A DNA stretch of 46,839 bases from Candidatus Xenobia bacterium (GTDB taxonomy: Bacteria > Vulcanimicrobiota > Xenobia > Xenobiales > QWHO01). The stretch lies in assembly GCA_045863235.1 (NCBI GenBank), contig BTUM01000064.1:1-46839 (forward strand), in the 5' to 3' direction. Position 1 is the stretch's first letter, and each line of letters starts with the position of its first letter. The position numbers were made by a program, and so were the translations under genes. The notes beneath the pieces were generated by a model, which made no database searches, was not told the DNA's origin, and saw only the letters and a list, made by a program, of their open reading frames with translations. This document shows, in pieces, positions 1-9,782 of the stretch.

Positions 1-1291
1 TCTCGGCCTTCTCTTCGGCCTTCTCGGGCTCGGTCGCTACCGGCTCCGCTTTCTCCGCCTTCTCGGGCTCGGTCGGCACCGGCTCAACCTTCTCCTCGGC
101 CTGAACGCGCTCAGCCTTCTCCTGGGCCCTTTCGACCTCCGCGGCTTTCTCTTCGGCCTTCTCGGGCTTGGCAGCCACCGGCTCGGCCTTCTTCTCGGCC
201 TTCTCGGGCTCCACGGCCACCGGCTCGGCCTTCGACCCGACATCGGGCTTGCCATCGGTCTCGGGCTTCTTCGCGACCGGTGACTTCCCCGCCTCGGGCG
301 CAATCAGCTCGGGTCGCGGCGCGGGAGGCCCGCCCGCCTTCACCGGCGCCTTGGCGGGCTCCGCTGTCTTGGCAGGCTCGGCCTTGGCAGCCGTCTTGGC
401 AGCGTCGGAAGCCGCCACGGTCTGCACCACCTTACGCACGATGGTGCCGTCGGGACGCTTGACGACCAGCACCTTCTTGACCACGCCGCCCTTGACCGGA
501 GTCGCAGCTTCACCCTCCGGTTTCTTGGCCACCGCCGTCTTGGCCGAACCGGACTTGGCGGCCGCGGTCGACCTGGCTGCAGCCGCGGGCACCTTGGCCG
601 GCTCGAGCGCCCGGGCTGTCACCGTCGGGCAGAGGGCGCACTCGGAAACCCGAATGGCGGGCCCAAGATCCAACCTGTAACTGCCCGCCTCCAGCACCAC
701 CTGGGCATGTCCCTCGGCGGTGACGCCCTCTTCGGTGATGCGCAGGTCCTTGAAGAAAGGTTGAGCCGCGGTGAGCCATTCCTTCAAGATTGGCAGATAG
801 CGCTTGACCTCGGCCGCGAAGGCATCGCGCGAGGCCGGTTTGAGCTCGGCGAACTCGGACAGAAAGACATAGCCCCGAAAAGGGGCCCCGGCCATGCGCA
901 AGAGCCGCGAGTGACGACGGGGCGAAGGCTTGCTGGTGGTATCGCCCACGAAAAAAACCGAGCGCAAGTTGCCGATGGCCGGGTTGGAGCGGGAAGTCTC
1001 CAGGGCCGTCAGCGCCTGGCAGAGCAGGTTCTCCACGTCGGTGAGACTGGCGTCGCTCTTCCAGAGAGCCTTCGTCTTGGCGTCCAGAGAGCCGGTCTCA
1101 GACGCTGCCGCGGCCGAGGTGCCCGCGAAGAACTCCAACAGGTAGATCAGGTTCTCGCGCAACGCCAGGAAAGCCGTGCGGGGGGCGTCCAGGTCGAGTG
1201 ACTCGGACAGCTTGCTCAGCAGGTGCTGTACGTGCGCCGGAGCCCCTGGTGGGCTCTTCGGTGCGACCTGACCTTTCAGGCTCTCTGCCAA
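1..1291 (-). CDS. Hypothetical protein, 3' end outside window; globular N-terminus followed by a long Ala/Glu/Lys/Pro-rich low-complexity region
   Basis: Read manually (absent from the ORF track, no stop inside the window). TTG at 1291 gives MAESLKGQVAPKSPPGAPAHVQHLLSKLSESLDL..., and the same frame near position 1 reads AEKAEPVATEPEKAEEKAE. Confidence 0.75.
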   Translation of the reverse strand, partial: MAESLKGQVAPKSPPGAPAHVQHLLSKLSESLDLDAPRTAFLALRENLIYLLEFFAGTSAAAASETGSLDAKTKALWKSDASLTDVENLLCQALTALETSRSNPAIGNLRSVFFVGDTTSKPSPRRHSRLLRMAGAPFRGYVFLSEFAELKPASRDAFAAEVKRYLPILKEWLTAAQPFFKDLRITEEGVTAEGHAQVVLEAGSYRLDLGPAIRVSECALCPTVTARALEPAKVPAAAARSTAAAKSGSAKTAVAKKPEGEAATPVKGGVVKKVLVVKRPDGTIVRKVVQTVAASDAAKTAAKAEPAKTAEPAKAPVKAGGPPAPRPELIAPEAGKSPVAKKPETDGKPDVGSKAEPVAVEPEKAEKKAEPVAAKPEKAEEKAAEVERAQEKAERVQAEEKVEPVPTEPEKAEKAEPVATEPEKAEEKAE

Positions 1292-1319
1292 GTTACCGTT
1301 CCCAGCTCAGAAGCGCGGC

Positions 1320-2540
1320 TCACATTTCGCTGACGAACTGGACCATCGGCATGAAGCAAGCCAGGGTGATAAAACCCACGATGCAGCCCATGATCGCCAA
1401 CATGAGCGGCTCGATGGCAGAAGCCATGGTGTCCATCATCATCTCGGCTTCGTCTTCGTAGAGTTTGGCCACGCGCGACATCATGTCGGCGACCTTACCG
1501 GACTCCTCGCCCACTTTGATCATCTGGATGGCGGCTCGACCAAAGGTCTCGTGTTTCTCCAGGCTGGCCGCCAGGCTCATCCCGTCCATCAAGGAGTAAC
1601 GCGCGCGCTTGAGCTTTTGTCGAATGGACGTGTTGCCGGCGACTCGCTCGCAGGACTCGAGCGATTCGGCGATCGAGATGCCGGCGTCCATCATGGTCGC
1701 CATCGTGTAGAGAACGCGGGCATGCGTGCTGATGCGGATCACCGAGCCAATCAGCGGAATCTTCAAGATGTTCTCGTCGAACCAGATCTTGAAGGGCGAC
1801 TGATCCCCCATCGAATTGAGCACGAACCGGAAACCGACCGAGCCGGCCAGGATCGAGAGGATCAGCGTCCCCATGACCCAGGGGTTCTGAGCCGTGTCGA
1901 CGAGCCAGATCAGCAACTTGGTGACCGCTGGCAGGGTGACGCCCGCGGTTTCGAAGATGGGTCGCATCATCGGCACGACGTAGAAGACGAACAGGCAGAT
2001 GATGGCCAGACAGCAGATAGCCAGCACGCTGGGATAGGCAAAGGTGGATTGCACCCGCTTGCGGATGCGAACCGACTTTTCCAGCAGGGTAGAAAGCTTG
2101 CCCAGAGCCACCTCGAGTCGACCCGAGGTTTCGCCGGCCTTGACCAGGGCGACGTAAATCTCCCCAAAGATCTTCGGGTGCTCGGAAAGGGCTCGCGAGA
2201 GGGGCTTGCCGCCTTCGATGGCAATGGAAACGCGGGCCAGAATCGTATTCAGCGGCTTACAGTCGCCTTTGCCGAGAAATCGCACGGCGCGATGAATGGA
2301 GATGCCCGAGCCAATCATGGTCGCGAGCTGGCGGGTGTAGATCGAAAGTGAGTCAAGCGGCACACGAACCGACTCGCGGCCGATCTTCTCGAGAATGGAC
2401 GTATCTTGCTCGGAAATCTCGAGAACGGACTTGTAGATCTTCCGCAAACGAGTCTGAGCCATCTGGAGGCCATCGGCATGCACGCTGCCTTCGACCACTT
2501 TGTCATTCATATCTAGAGCTTTGAACCGGAAGGTAGCCAA
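1320..2540 (-). CDS. Type II secretion system F family / PilC-like inner-membrane platform protein
   Basis: Two T2SSF repeats (TRQLATMIGSGI...KAGETSGRL; MATMMDAGI...KVGEESGKV), YP motif before TM1, C-terminal IEP...MPM. Confidence 0.93.
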   Translation of the reverse strand: MATFRFKALDMNDKVVEGSVHADGLQMAQTRLRKIYKSVLEISEQDTSILEKIGRESVRVPLDSLSIYTRQLATMIGSGISIHRAVRFLGKGDCKPLNTILARVSIAIEGGKPLSRALSEHPKIFGEIYVALVKAGETSGRLEVALGKLSTLLEKSVRIRKRVQSTFAYPSVLAICCLAIICLFVFYVVPMMRPIFETAGVTLPAVTKLLIWLVDTAQNPWVMGTLILSILAGSVGFRFVLNSMGDQSPFKIWFDENILKIPLIGSVIRISTHARVLYTMATMMDAGISIAESLESCERVAGNTSIRQKLKRARYSLMDGMSLAASLEKHETFGRAAIQMIKVGEESGKVADMMSRVAKLYEDEAEMMMDTMASAIEPLMLAIMGCIVGFITLACFMPMVQFVSEM

Positions 2541-2579
2541 CCGTCACTCTCCTACCACAAGTTCCCACCCGGCGGAACA

Positions 2580-3935
2580 ATGGAGGTTATTACTTCTGAG
2601 CCAGCCGTCTTACTCCTCTATGAATGCGTTCCGGCAGGGTTCCTGCGTCGGCGCCCAAAGACTGGCCCCGTGGTCGAGGTGGTGATGACGGCTGCCCACG
2701 CCGGATACGACAGCGAGCAGGTTCCCCTCGGCGGGGGGGCAGCCATCTGCGAGCGCTTGTGCCGAAGCTGGTCGGGTCGGCCGGTGACTCTGCTGGGAAG
2801 CGGACCCCAGGCCCCACCGGGAGTAAACTACCGCCAGTTCGACCTGCTGGCCGGACGACACCCGGCCACCCTCAAGGAGCTGGCTTATGCTCGCTTCTGC
2901 CGCCGGTTCGAGCGAGCTTGCACCGAAGCCATCCTGGCCCACCCCGGGCCGGCGGTCGTACTCAGCCACGACGTCTCCGAGGGGCCCGACTTCGCCCGGC
3001 TGGCCGGGGCCGGCATTCCCTCGACCTGCATCCTGCACGTGGACGTGGTGGAATTCTTCTGCCGGATGTACCTGCGCGGCTGGGTGCGACCCGAGTGGGC
3101 CACCGCCCTCCACCGCCGGACCCGTCGCTGGCCTATCTGGCCCGACGTGCTCCGACTGGTGCTCGACAAGCAAGCGGACGCGGCGTTCCACAGCCATCTG
3201 GTGGCTCCCTCCCCGGGAATGCGTGGCCCTCTCGAGCGCTGCTACTTCTCTCCCCGGGTGGCGGTCATCCCCTGGGGCTCCCAGCCTCCTCCTTCCCCGT
3301 CCGAGCTCGAGCCCGTCCGGGCCCAACTTCGCCAGGAATGGAGCCTGGGGACCTCTCCTCTGCTGGTCACCCTCTCCCGCATCTCCCCCGAGAAAGGTCA
3401 GGACATCCTGCTGCAGGCCCTGCTCCAGGCGGAGGAGCGGGGCCAGATCCCCGGACCCCTGACGCTGGCGATCATCGGCTCGGCCGCTTACATGGGAGGG
3501 AAAGCGTTCTTTGCCAGGCTGCGGGGCCTGGCCAGCCGGCTGAATCGGGTGCGCGTGATTTTCCCTGGCCACCTGGGGGGGCTGAACAAGCACGCAGCCC
3601 TGAGCCTGGCGGACCTGATGGTGGTCGCTTCCCGCCACGAAAGCTACGGGCTGACGACCATGGAGGCCATGGCCGTCGGGCTACCCGTGGTGGCCCTGGA
3701 GAGCCACGGGACGCGAGCCACGCTGGCCCACGGCGGAGGAGTGCTGGTGGACTCGCCCGAGCAGCTCTGGCCCAGCATTCAAGCCCTGCTGGGAGCCCCT
3801 GCTCGACGTCAGGAGTTGTCCCGCCAGGCCCTCGAACTTGCCACCCGGGAAACCTTCGAGCAGGCTTCCGAGCGACTCTACGAGCTGCTCCAGCTCAGTG
3901 CACGCCAGCCGGAGAGACCCGGTCGAGCTCGCTGA
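2580..3935 (+). CDS. Glycosyltransferase family 4 (GT-B); true start may be ~2667-2685
   Basis: SRISPEKGQD and ESYGLTTMEAMAVGLPVV (EX7E) motifs; 3' end overlaps the convergent pfk gene by 41 bp. Confidence 0.88.
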   Translation: MEVITSEPAVLLLYECVPAGFLRRRPKTGPVVEVVMTAAHAGYDSEQVPLGGGAAICERLCRSWSGRPVTLLGSGPQAPPGVNYRQFDLLAGRHPATLKELAYARFCRRFERACTEAILAHPGPAVVLSHDVSEGPDFARLAGAGIPSTCILHVDVVEFFCRMYLRGWVRPEWATALHRRTRRWPIWPDVLRLVLDKQADAAFHSHLVAPSPGMRGPLERCYFSPRVAVIPWGSQPPPSPSELEPVRAQLRQEWSLGTSPLLVTLSRISPEKGQDILLQALLQAEERGQIPGPLTLAIIGSAAYMGGKAFFARLRGLASRLNRVRVIFPGHLGGLNKHAALSLADLMVVASRHESYGLTTMEAMAVGLPVVALESHGTRATLAHGGGVLVDSPEQLWPSIQALLGAPARRQELSRQALELATRETFEQASERLYELLQLSARQPERPGRAR

Positions 3936-5199
3936 GCACGTGCTCGAACTCCGAGCGGAAGCGCTCGGGAGAAATCTTGGCCGTGCTCGCCAGCAGGGCC
4001 AGCTTGTCCGGATCCTCAAAGTCGGCCCGGTTGAGGCGGATCATGTACTCGCGGGCGATCTTGAAGCTGAGCGAGCTCACATCCACCTTGCGAACGCGAA
4101 CCCGATTGGTCTCGGGGTCGAGCAACTCCTCGAAGGTCATAGGCACGATGCGATCACCCTGGATGGTGATCATGGCGTTGCTGCCGCCGCTCTCGAGGAA
4201 GTCCACGGCCCCGTAACCCAGGTTGCGCGTGTAGTCGATGTCGTAGGCGCAAGGCTCCACGGAGCGCAGTTCGTAACCCAGCTCCTGGTCCACGATGGTC
4301 AGCTTGATGCCGAACTCCTCCAGCCGGCGGCGCACCGCGTACTTCACGATGTCCGAGAAGTTGAGCTCGGCCAGGCGCAGGTGCCCGTGCTCGTCGCGCT
4401 CGAGGTCCTGGTTGAAGGGAATGATCTTCTTGATCTCCTCGGGGGGCACGAACTCCATGAACCCCTCGGCCACGATGGCCACCCCGTGAGGCCGGCCCAG
4501 GGCCAGACGCTTGATGATCGAGCCGGCGATGGTGTCCACGATGACGGGCACCGAGATGCGGTTGCCCAGCTCAAATTCCTCGGGAATCAAAGTGATCGTG
4601 GCTGAAGCGGACTTGCCGATGCCCAGCGCCAGGTGGCCGGTCTTGCGGCCCATGGCCACCACGATGAACCAGCGTCCGGTGCTGCGAGCGTCGGTATACA
4701 GCGTTCCCACGATGGCCGCTCCTTCCGAGCGGGCCGACTCGAAGCCGAACGTAGGGATGCCGGCAGGCAGAGGCAGGTCGTTGTCGATGGTCTTGGGGAC
4801 GTGGGCAAAGTGGAGCTCATGCCCGAGGTACTTGCGCGAATACTCCGAGATCCGGGTGGCCGAGAACAGCGTGTCGTCCCCGCCGATGGTTACCAGGTGG
4901 GTGATCTCCAGGTTGCGCAGGGTCTCGACGGTGGTGCGAAGCTTGTCCTCATCGCGAGTGGGATTGGCCCGGCTGGTGTGCAGGATGCTGCCTCCCAGGC
5001 GGTGGATGCGGCTGATCTTGGGCAGGGTGAGGAACTCGATCTTGGTGTCGCCGTTCATGAGATGACGAAAGCCGTCATAGAAGCCGATGACCGAGTGACC
5101 CCGCTTGATCACTTCGATGGTGACCGAGCTGATCACCGAGTTGATGCCGGGAGCAGGGCCGCCGCCGACCAGGATCCCGTAATTGCGTCGAGTCCGCAT
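3895..5199 (-). CDS. pfp: PfkA-family phosphofructokinase, PPi-dependent type
   Basis: GGGPAPGIN, GGSILHTSR, GGDD and PKTIDND (Asp/Lys signature of PPi specificity), MGR, ELGYELR. Confidence 0.9.
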   Translation of the reverse strand: MRTRRNYGILVGGGPAPGINSVISSVTIEVIKRGHSVIGFYDGFRHLMNGDTKIEFLTLPKISRIHRLGGSILHTSRANPTRDEDKLRTTVETLRNLEITHLVTIGGDDTLFSATRISEYSRKYLGHELHFAHVPKTIDNDLPLPAGIPTFGFESARSEGAAIVGTLYTDARSTGRWFIVVAMGRKTGHLALGIGKSASATITLIPEEFELGNRISVPVIVDTIAGSIIKRLALGRPHGVAIVAEGFMEFVPPEEIKKIIPFNQDLERDEHGHLRLAELNFSDIVKYAVRRRLEEFGIKLTIVDQELGYELRSVEPCAYDIDYTRNLGYGAVDFLESGGSNAMITIQGDRIVPMTFEELLDPETNRVRVRKVDVSSLSFKIAREYMIRLNRADFEDPDKLALLASTAKISPERFRSEFEHVLSELDRVSPAGVH

Positions 5200-5314
5200 G
5201 AAGAATGCCTTCCTGGGTTCTAAGAACGAAGAGCATTCTGTTCTCGCCGCGGGCAGCCCTGCTTGCCCTCGATTTCGGCAGGGCCCGGACGCTGCGCGTC
5301 AAAGGCGCCGCCCC

Positions 5315-6085
5315 ATGCAGACAATCGAGTTGAGCCGGCTCGGGCCCGTGGCCCGGGTGGAGATGAACCGCCCCGAGAATCACAACGCCTTCAACCTGGT
5401 CTTGATCGAGGAGCTCTCCCGACTCTTCGCACAACTCTCCCAGGACCCGGAGGTGCGGGTCATCGTCCTGGCCGGCAAGGGCAAGCATTTCTCGGCCGGG
5501 GCGGACGTGGAATGGATGAAGGCCCAGGCCCACGCCACCTGGGACGAGAATCGCACCACCGGAAGAGCCATGGCTGCTCTGTTCGAGTCCATCGACCGCT
5601 GTCCCAAGCCGGTGGTGGCTCGCGTCCAGGGCGCCGCCCTGGGAGGTGGCAGCGGGCTGGTTTGCGCGGTGGACCTGGCGGTGGCCTCGCCCGACGCCCG
5701 CTTCGGCTTTACCGAAGTGCGGCTGGGCATCATCCCGGCCGTCATCAGCCCGTTCGTCATCCGCAAGCTGGGCATCTCCCAGGCTCGAGCCCGCTTCCTC
5801 ACCGGAGAGCGCTTCGGAGCCGAGGAGGCCCTGCGCATCGGGATGTTGCACGCCGTGTCCGAAGACCTGGACGGCGAGTTGGACAAAGTTGTCCAGAGCC
5901 TGCTGGCCAGCGCCCCGGGCGCCCAGGCCCGCACCAAGGAGCTGGTGCGCCACGTCGCCAACCTGGCTCCCGACCAGCAGGCCGAGTACACCGCCGAGCA
6001 AACCGCCGCCGCCCGGGCCGCCGAGGAAGGTCGCGAGGGGCTGGCAGCTTTTCTGGAAAAGCGCAAGCCGAGCTGGCAGAGTTAG
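5315..6085 (+). CDS. Enoyl-CoA hydratase/isomerase, methylglutaconyl-CoA hydratase-like
   Basis: NRPENHNAFN, FSAGAD, ALGGGSGL, FGFTEVRLGIIPA, EGLAAFLEKRKPSW; start taken at ATG of MQTIEL. Confidence 0.92.
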   Translation: MQTIELSRLGPVARVEMNRPENHNAFNLVLIEELSRLFAQLSQDPEVRVIVLAGKGKHFSAGADVEWMKAQAHATWDENRTTGRAMAALFESIDRCPKPVVARVQGAALGGGSGLVCAVDLAVASPDARFGFTEVRLGIIPAVISPFVIRKLGISQARARFLTGERFGAEEALRIGMLHAVSEDLDGELDKVVQSLLASAPGAQARTKELVRHVANLAPDQQAEYTAEQTAAARAAEEGREGLAAFLEKRKPSWQS

Positions 6086-6091
6086 AGTGGA

Positions 6092-6121
6092 GTGCTGAAG
6101 GTCTTGCAGGACCCTCAGCAC
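6092..6121. terminator. Stem-loop between convergent genes
   Basis: GTGCTGAAGGTC...GACCCTCAGCAC imperfect inverted repeat 6 nt after the hydratase stop; a second hairpin TTGTGGTG...CACCACAA lies at ~6168-6200. Confidence 0.5.
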
Positions 6122-6209
6122 GGAGCGCTCAACACACGAGCAGAGTGCTGAAGCCCAACACAGTATCTTGTGGTGGCGGAGTTCTGCTTCGACACCACAA
6201 CCGGTTTTG

Positions 6210-7784
6210 CTAGAGCGGAATGTTCCCGTGCTTTCGGTCGGGCCGGGTGGTGCGCTTGCCCGACAGCGTGTCCAGCGCCTCGATCAGGCGCCAGCGGGTG
6301 TTCTTTGGCATGATGACGTCGTCCACGTAACCGCGTGAGGCGGCCACGTAGGGCGAGGCGAAGCGCTCGGCATACTCTTCGGTCAGCTCCTGGCGGCGCG
6401 ATTCCACGTCTTCGGCCTTCTCCAGCTCTTGCCGGAAGATGATGTTGATGGCTCCCGCCGGCCCCATCACGGCGATCTCGGCCGTGGGCCAGGCCAGGTT
6501 CACATCCGCCCGGATGTGCTTGGAGCACATCACGTCGTAAGCCCCGCCGTAAGCCTTGCGCAGGATCACCGTCAACTTGGGCACGGTGGCTTCGCAGAAA
6601 GCGTAGAGCAGCTTGGCCCCGTGCTTGATGATCCCCCCATACTCTTGCTGGGTGCCCGGAAGAAAGCCGGGAACGTCAACCAGCGTGATCAGCGGAATAT
6701 TGAAGGCATCGCAGAAACGCACAAAACGGGCGCCCTTGAGCGATGCGTTGATGTCCAGCACCCCGGCCAGCACCTGAGGGTTGTTGGCTACCACTCCCAC
6801 CGAGCGGCCGTCGAGCCGGGCGAAGCCCACCACGATGTTCTGGGCAAAGTCGCGGTGGACTTCCAGGAACTGGCCGTGATCGGCGATCTGGTAGACAACC
6901 TCCCGCACGTCGTAGGGCTTGTTGGGGTTGACGGGCACGATGTTCTCGAGCTCCTCGCAGCTTCGGCGCGGATCGTCGGTGGGCGTGAGTCGAGGGGGCT
7001 CGGCCCGGTTGTGAGCCGGCAGGTAGCTCATCAGGTCGCGCAGGAGGGCCATGCAGTCGGCCTCGCTGGCCACCGTGAAGTGGGCCACTCCCGAGGTGGC
7101 GGCGTGGGTGTGGGCTCCTCCCAGTTCCTCGAAGGTCACCTCCTCGTTGGTGACCGTCTTGATCACGTCCGGCCCGGTGATGAACATGTGGGCCGTCTCC
7201 TCCACCATCACGATGAAGTCGGTGATGGCCGGCGAGTAGACCGCGCCCCCGGCGCAGGGGCCGAGCACTGCGGAAATCTGAGGCACCACCCCGGAGGCCA
7301 GGGTGTTGCGATAAAAGATCTCGGCATAGCCACCCAGCGAGACCACGCCCTCCTGGATGCGGGCCCCGCCCGAGTCGTTCAGGCCGATGACCGGAGCCCC
7401 GTTCTGCACAGCCAGATCCATCACCTTGCAGATCTTGTGGGCGTGCATCTCGCCGAGACTGCCGCCGAACACGGTGAAGTCCTGGGCAAAGCAGTAGACC
7501 AGCCGGCCCTCGATGCGCCCGTAGCCTGTGACCACGCCGTCCCCGGGAAACTTCTTGTCGGCCATGTCGAAATCATGGCAGTTGTGGGTGACGAACATAT
7601 CCAGCTCGCGGAAGGTGCCCGGGTCGAGCAGGGCCTCCATCCGCTCGCGGGCGGTGCGCTTCCCCTTGGCGTGCTGGGCGGCCACCTTCTTGGGGCCGCC
7701 CCCGGCCAGCGCCTGTGCGCGGCTCTGAGCCAGGCGGTCGACCTTCTCTTTCATCGTGGGAACGCGGGGCGCGATCTTGGGCAT
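6210..7784 (-). CDS. pccB: Acyl-CoA carboxylase beta (carboxyl transferase) subunit, PccB-like
   Basis: [59 protein letters not shown]-terminal KHGNIPL. Confidence 0.93.
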   Translation of the reverse strand: MPKIAPRVPTMKEKVDRLAQSRAQALAGGGPKKVAAQHAKGKRTARERMEALLDPGTFRELDMFVTHNCHDFDMADKKFPGDGVVTGYGRIEGRLVYCFAQDFTVFGGSLGEMHAHKICKVMDLAVQNGAPVIGLNDSGGARIQEGVVSLGGYAEIFYRNTLASGVVPQISAVLGPCAGGAVYSPAITDFIVMVEETAHMFITGPDVIKTVTNEEVTFEELGGAHTHAATSGVAHFTVASEADCMALLRDLMSYLPAHNRAEPPRLTPTDDPRRSCEELENIVPVNPNKPYDVREVVYQIADHGQFLEVHRDFAQNIVVGFARLDGRSVGVVANNPQVLAGVLDINASLKGARFVRFCDAFNIPLITLVDVPGFLPGTQQEYGGIIKHGAKLLYAFCEATVPKLTVILRKAYGGAYDVMCSKHIRADVNLAWPTAEIAVMGPAGAINIIFRQELEKAEDVESRRQELTEEYAERFASPYVAASRGYVDDVIMPKNTRWRLIEALDTLSGKRTTRPDRKHGNIPL

Positions 7785-7794
7785 GAAACCTCCG

Positions 7795-8439
7795 TCAGAA
7801 CCTGTGGGCCAGGTGCAAAATCTCGGTCAGACCAGGGGCGGGGCTGAGCTCGATAGCCGACTCCGAGGTCGCGTGAACCGGCAGGGAACCGTTCAGAAAG
7901 GCTTTGACCGGCTCGAGCTCGGGGAACATCTCCCGGTTGAGGAAAGGCGTGCGATAGTGCATGGGCAGCGCCCACCGCGGCTTGAGCTCACCCACCAGCT
8001 GCCGGGCCCAACCCGAGCAAAGGGTATAGCCTCCCCCGCCGCAGGGCAGCATGAGCACATCCAACGGGCCGATCTCCTGTTTCTCCTCGGCCGTGAGCAA
8101 ACGCCCCAGGTCGCTGAGGTGGCACAGGCGCAGGCCGTCCATCTCCCAGCAGAAGGCGCGCACCTTGCCGTAAAGGGCCCCACCCTCGCGGTCGTGGTCG
8201 AGCAATAGCGAGCGGAAACTGAAACCTTCGACCTGGCGCGGAAAACGCACCACCTGGGTGGGCCCCACGACGGCCGCCAGGTGATTGTGATCGAAGTGAT
8301 CATGGGTGATCACCGTGACCTCGGCCGGCCGTTGGGGCAGCTTGTAGCCGACCTCGGGGCCGTAGGGATCGATCAGGACGCGCTTCCCCCGCCGGTCGGT
8401 GAACGCAAAGCAGGCGTGAGCGTAGTATTCCAGCCGCAT
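7795..8439 (-). CDS. MBL-fold metallo-hydrolase
   Basis: HACF, LIDP, THDHFDH, HLSDLG, PMHY motifs. Confidence 0.9.
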   Translation of the reverse strand: MRLEYYAHACFAFTDRRGKRVLIDPYGPEVGYKLPQRPAEVTVITHDHFDHNHLAAVVGPTQVVRFPRQVEGFSFRSLLLDHDREGGALYGKVRAFCWEMDGLRLCHLSDLGRLLTAEEKQEIGPLDVLMLPCGGGGYTLCSGWARQLVGELKPRWALPMHYRTPFLNREMFPELEPVKAFLNGSLPVHATSESAIELSPAPGLTEILHLAHRF

Positions 8440-8478
8440 AGGGCAGGGACGTTTTCCGCCGGCGGCCCGAAACCCTGG

Positions 8479-8718
8479 CTACTTGAAGAAGTCGGCGTTG
8501 ATCTCGAGGTAGTTCTTCCAGTTCTCGGGCAGGTCTTCCTCAGGATAGATGGCTTCCACCGGGCAAACCGCCACGCAGGCCCCGCAGTCGATGCACTCGT
8601 CGGGATGGATGTAGTACATATCCGCGCTCTCGTTGGTGTGGATGCAGTCGACCGGACAGACCTCCACACAGGATGCGTCTTTCACTCCCTTGCAGGGCTC
8701 GGCGATGATGTGGGTCAT
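8479..8718 (-). CDS. Dicluster ferredoxin (FdxA/7Fe-like)
   Basis: C-x7-CVEVCPVDC and CIDCGACVAVCP; GAGGAG SD upstream. Confidence 0.95.
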   Translation of the reverse strand: MTHIIAEPCKGVKDASCVEVCPVDCIHTNESADMYYIHPDECIDCGACVAVCPVEAIYPEEDLPENWKNYLEINADFFK

Positions 8719-8862
8719 TTGAACTTACTCCTCGTTAGCTTGGGCTGAGCTATCGTCCCGCGGGGGACGGTAGACAATCTGTAGAACGGCGCGGCCGCGG
8801 TTCTTTGCGAAGTCTAGCAAACCCTGCGCGGGAGAGCAGTGACTTGATACCGGATTCATTTC

Positions 8863-9744
8863 TCAGACCTTGCCCAGCGCCTCGGGGTCGAGCAGGGTCA
8901 GGGTCTGTCCGCTGCGCTCGAGCATTCCGTCTTTGGCCAGGCGGATGAGAGCGCGGCTCACGCTCTCGCGGGCACCGCCCAGCAGCGAGGCCAGCTCGGC
9001 GGTGGACATGCCCAGCTCGAGCACGATACCCCGGGGGCCGTCCTGGCCCCGCTCGCGGGCCCAGTCGAGCAGGGTGCGGGCCAGGCGCTGATCGAGGTTG
9101 AGGAAAGCCAGCTCCTCCACACGGTCTTCCAGCCCCTGGATACGCTGGCTGAAAGCCGCCAGAAAGCTGAGGGCCAGCTCCGAGTGCTGGCGCGTCAGCT
9201 GGCGCACCCGAGTCAATGGCAGCACCATCACGGTCGAGCTCTCCAGACAGGTGGCGTAGGAGCCATGCCGCTCGTCCGGGTTGAAGAGCACCGTCTCGCC
9301 CAGAGTCTGAAAGGGGGTGGCCACGGCCAGCACCTGCTCTCGCCCGTCGTGGGCCACGCGCGAGATGCGCACTTTACCTTTCACCAGGATGAGCAGGCCC
9401 TGAGTACGGTCGCCCGGCCCGAACAGGCGCTGTCCGCTGAGCAGGCCCAGAAAGCGGGCGCAGCGGGCCAGCTCGTCGATCACGGCCTCGCTCATCTGGC
9501 GAAAGGCCGGCACGCGCCGCAGGTAGGCGCGCATGCGGGCCCGGCTGCGCCGCTCCTCGAGCGGCTCCTCCTGAACCACCGGCTCACCCAGCTCGCGCTG
9601 GATGCGGACCAGGTCTTCCTCGGCAAAAGTGCGCCAACCCCGGAAGTCGCGCCCGACATGGCTGATACGACCCTCGCGAAACCAGCGCAGCAACGTGCTG
9701 CGGCTGATCCCGAGCCGGGTGGCTGCCTGGCTGGCGGAGAGCAT
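8863..9744 (-). CDS. Crp/Fnr-family regulator with an additional N-terminal MerR/excisionase-type HTH
   Basis: N-term MLSASQAATRLGISRSTLLRWFREGRI...RDFRGWRTF; cNMP-like domain (ILVKGKVRI...GREQVL...LGE); Crp HTH ELASLLGGARESVSRAL. The track's extension to 10107 is repeat-array read-through. Confidence 0.88.
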   Translation of the reverse strand: MLSASQAATRLGISRSTLLRWFREGRISHVGRDFRGWRTFAEEDLVRIQRELGEPVVQEEPLEERRSRARMRAYLRRVPAFRQMSEAVIDELARCARFLGLLSGQRLFGPGDRTQGLLILVKGKVRISRVAHDGREQVLAVATPFQTLGETVLFNPDERHGSYATCLESSTVMVLPLTRVRQLTRQHSELALSFLAAFSQRIQGLEDRVEELAFLNLDQRLARTLLDWARERGQDGPRGIVLELGMSTAELASLLGGARESVSRALIRLAKDGMLERSGQTLTLLDPEALGKV

Positions 9745-9750
9745 GGTTTG

Positions 9751-9779
9751 AGTATAGGCAAATATATCCATACGGTCAA
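9751..9779 (-). promoter_or_regulatory. Sigma70-type promoter for a probably leaderless transcript
   Basis: TTGACC(9779-9774)-17 nt-TATACT(9756-9751), then 6 nt to the ATG at 9744, no SD. Confidence 0.75.
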
Positions 9780-9782
9780 TGT

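Noticed and set aside
6158..6172. NrdR-box-like ACACAGTATCTTGTG
   Set aside because: Single imperfect copy between convergent 3' ends, with no nrd gene.
8838..8860. FNR/CRP box upstream of ferredoxin
   Set aside because: Only a TTGAT half-site; no correctly spaced second half.
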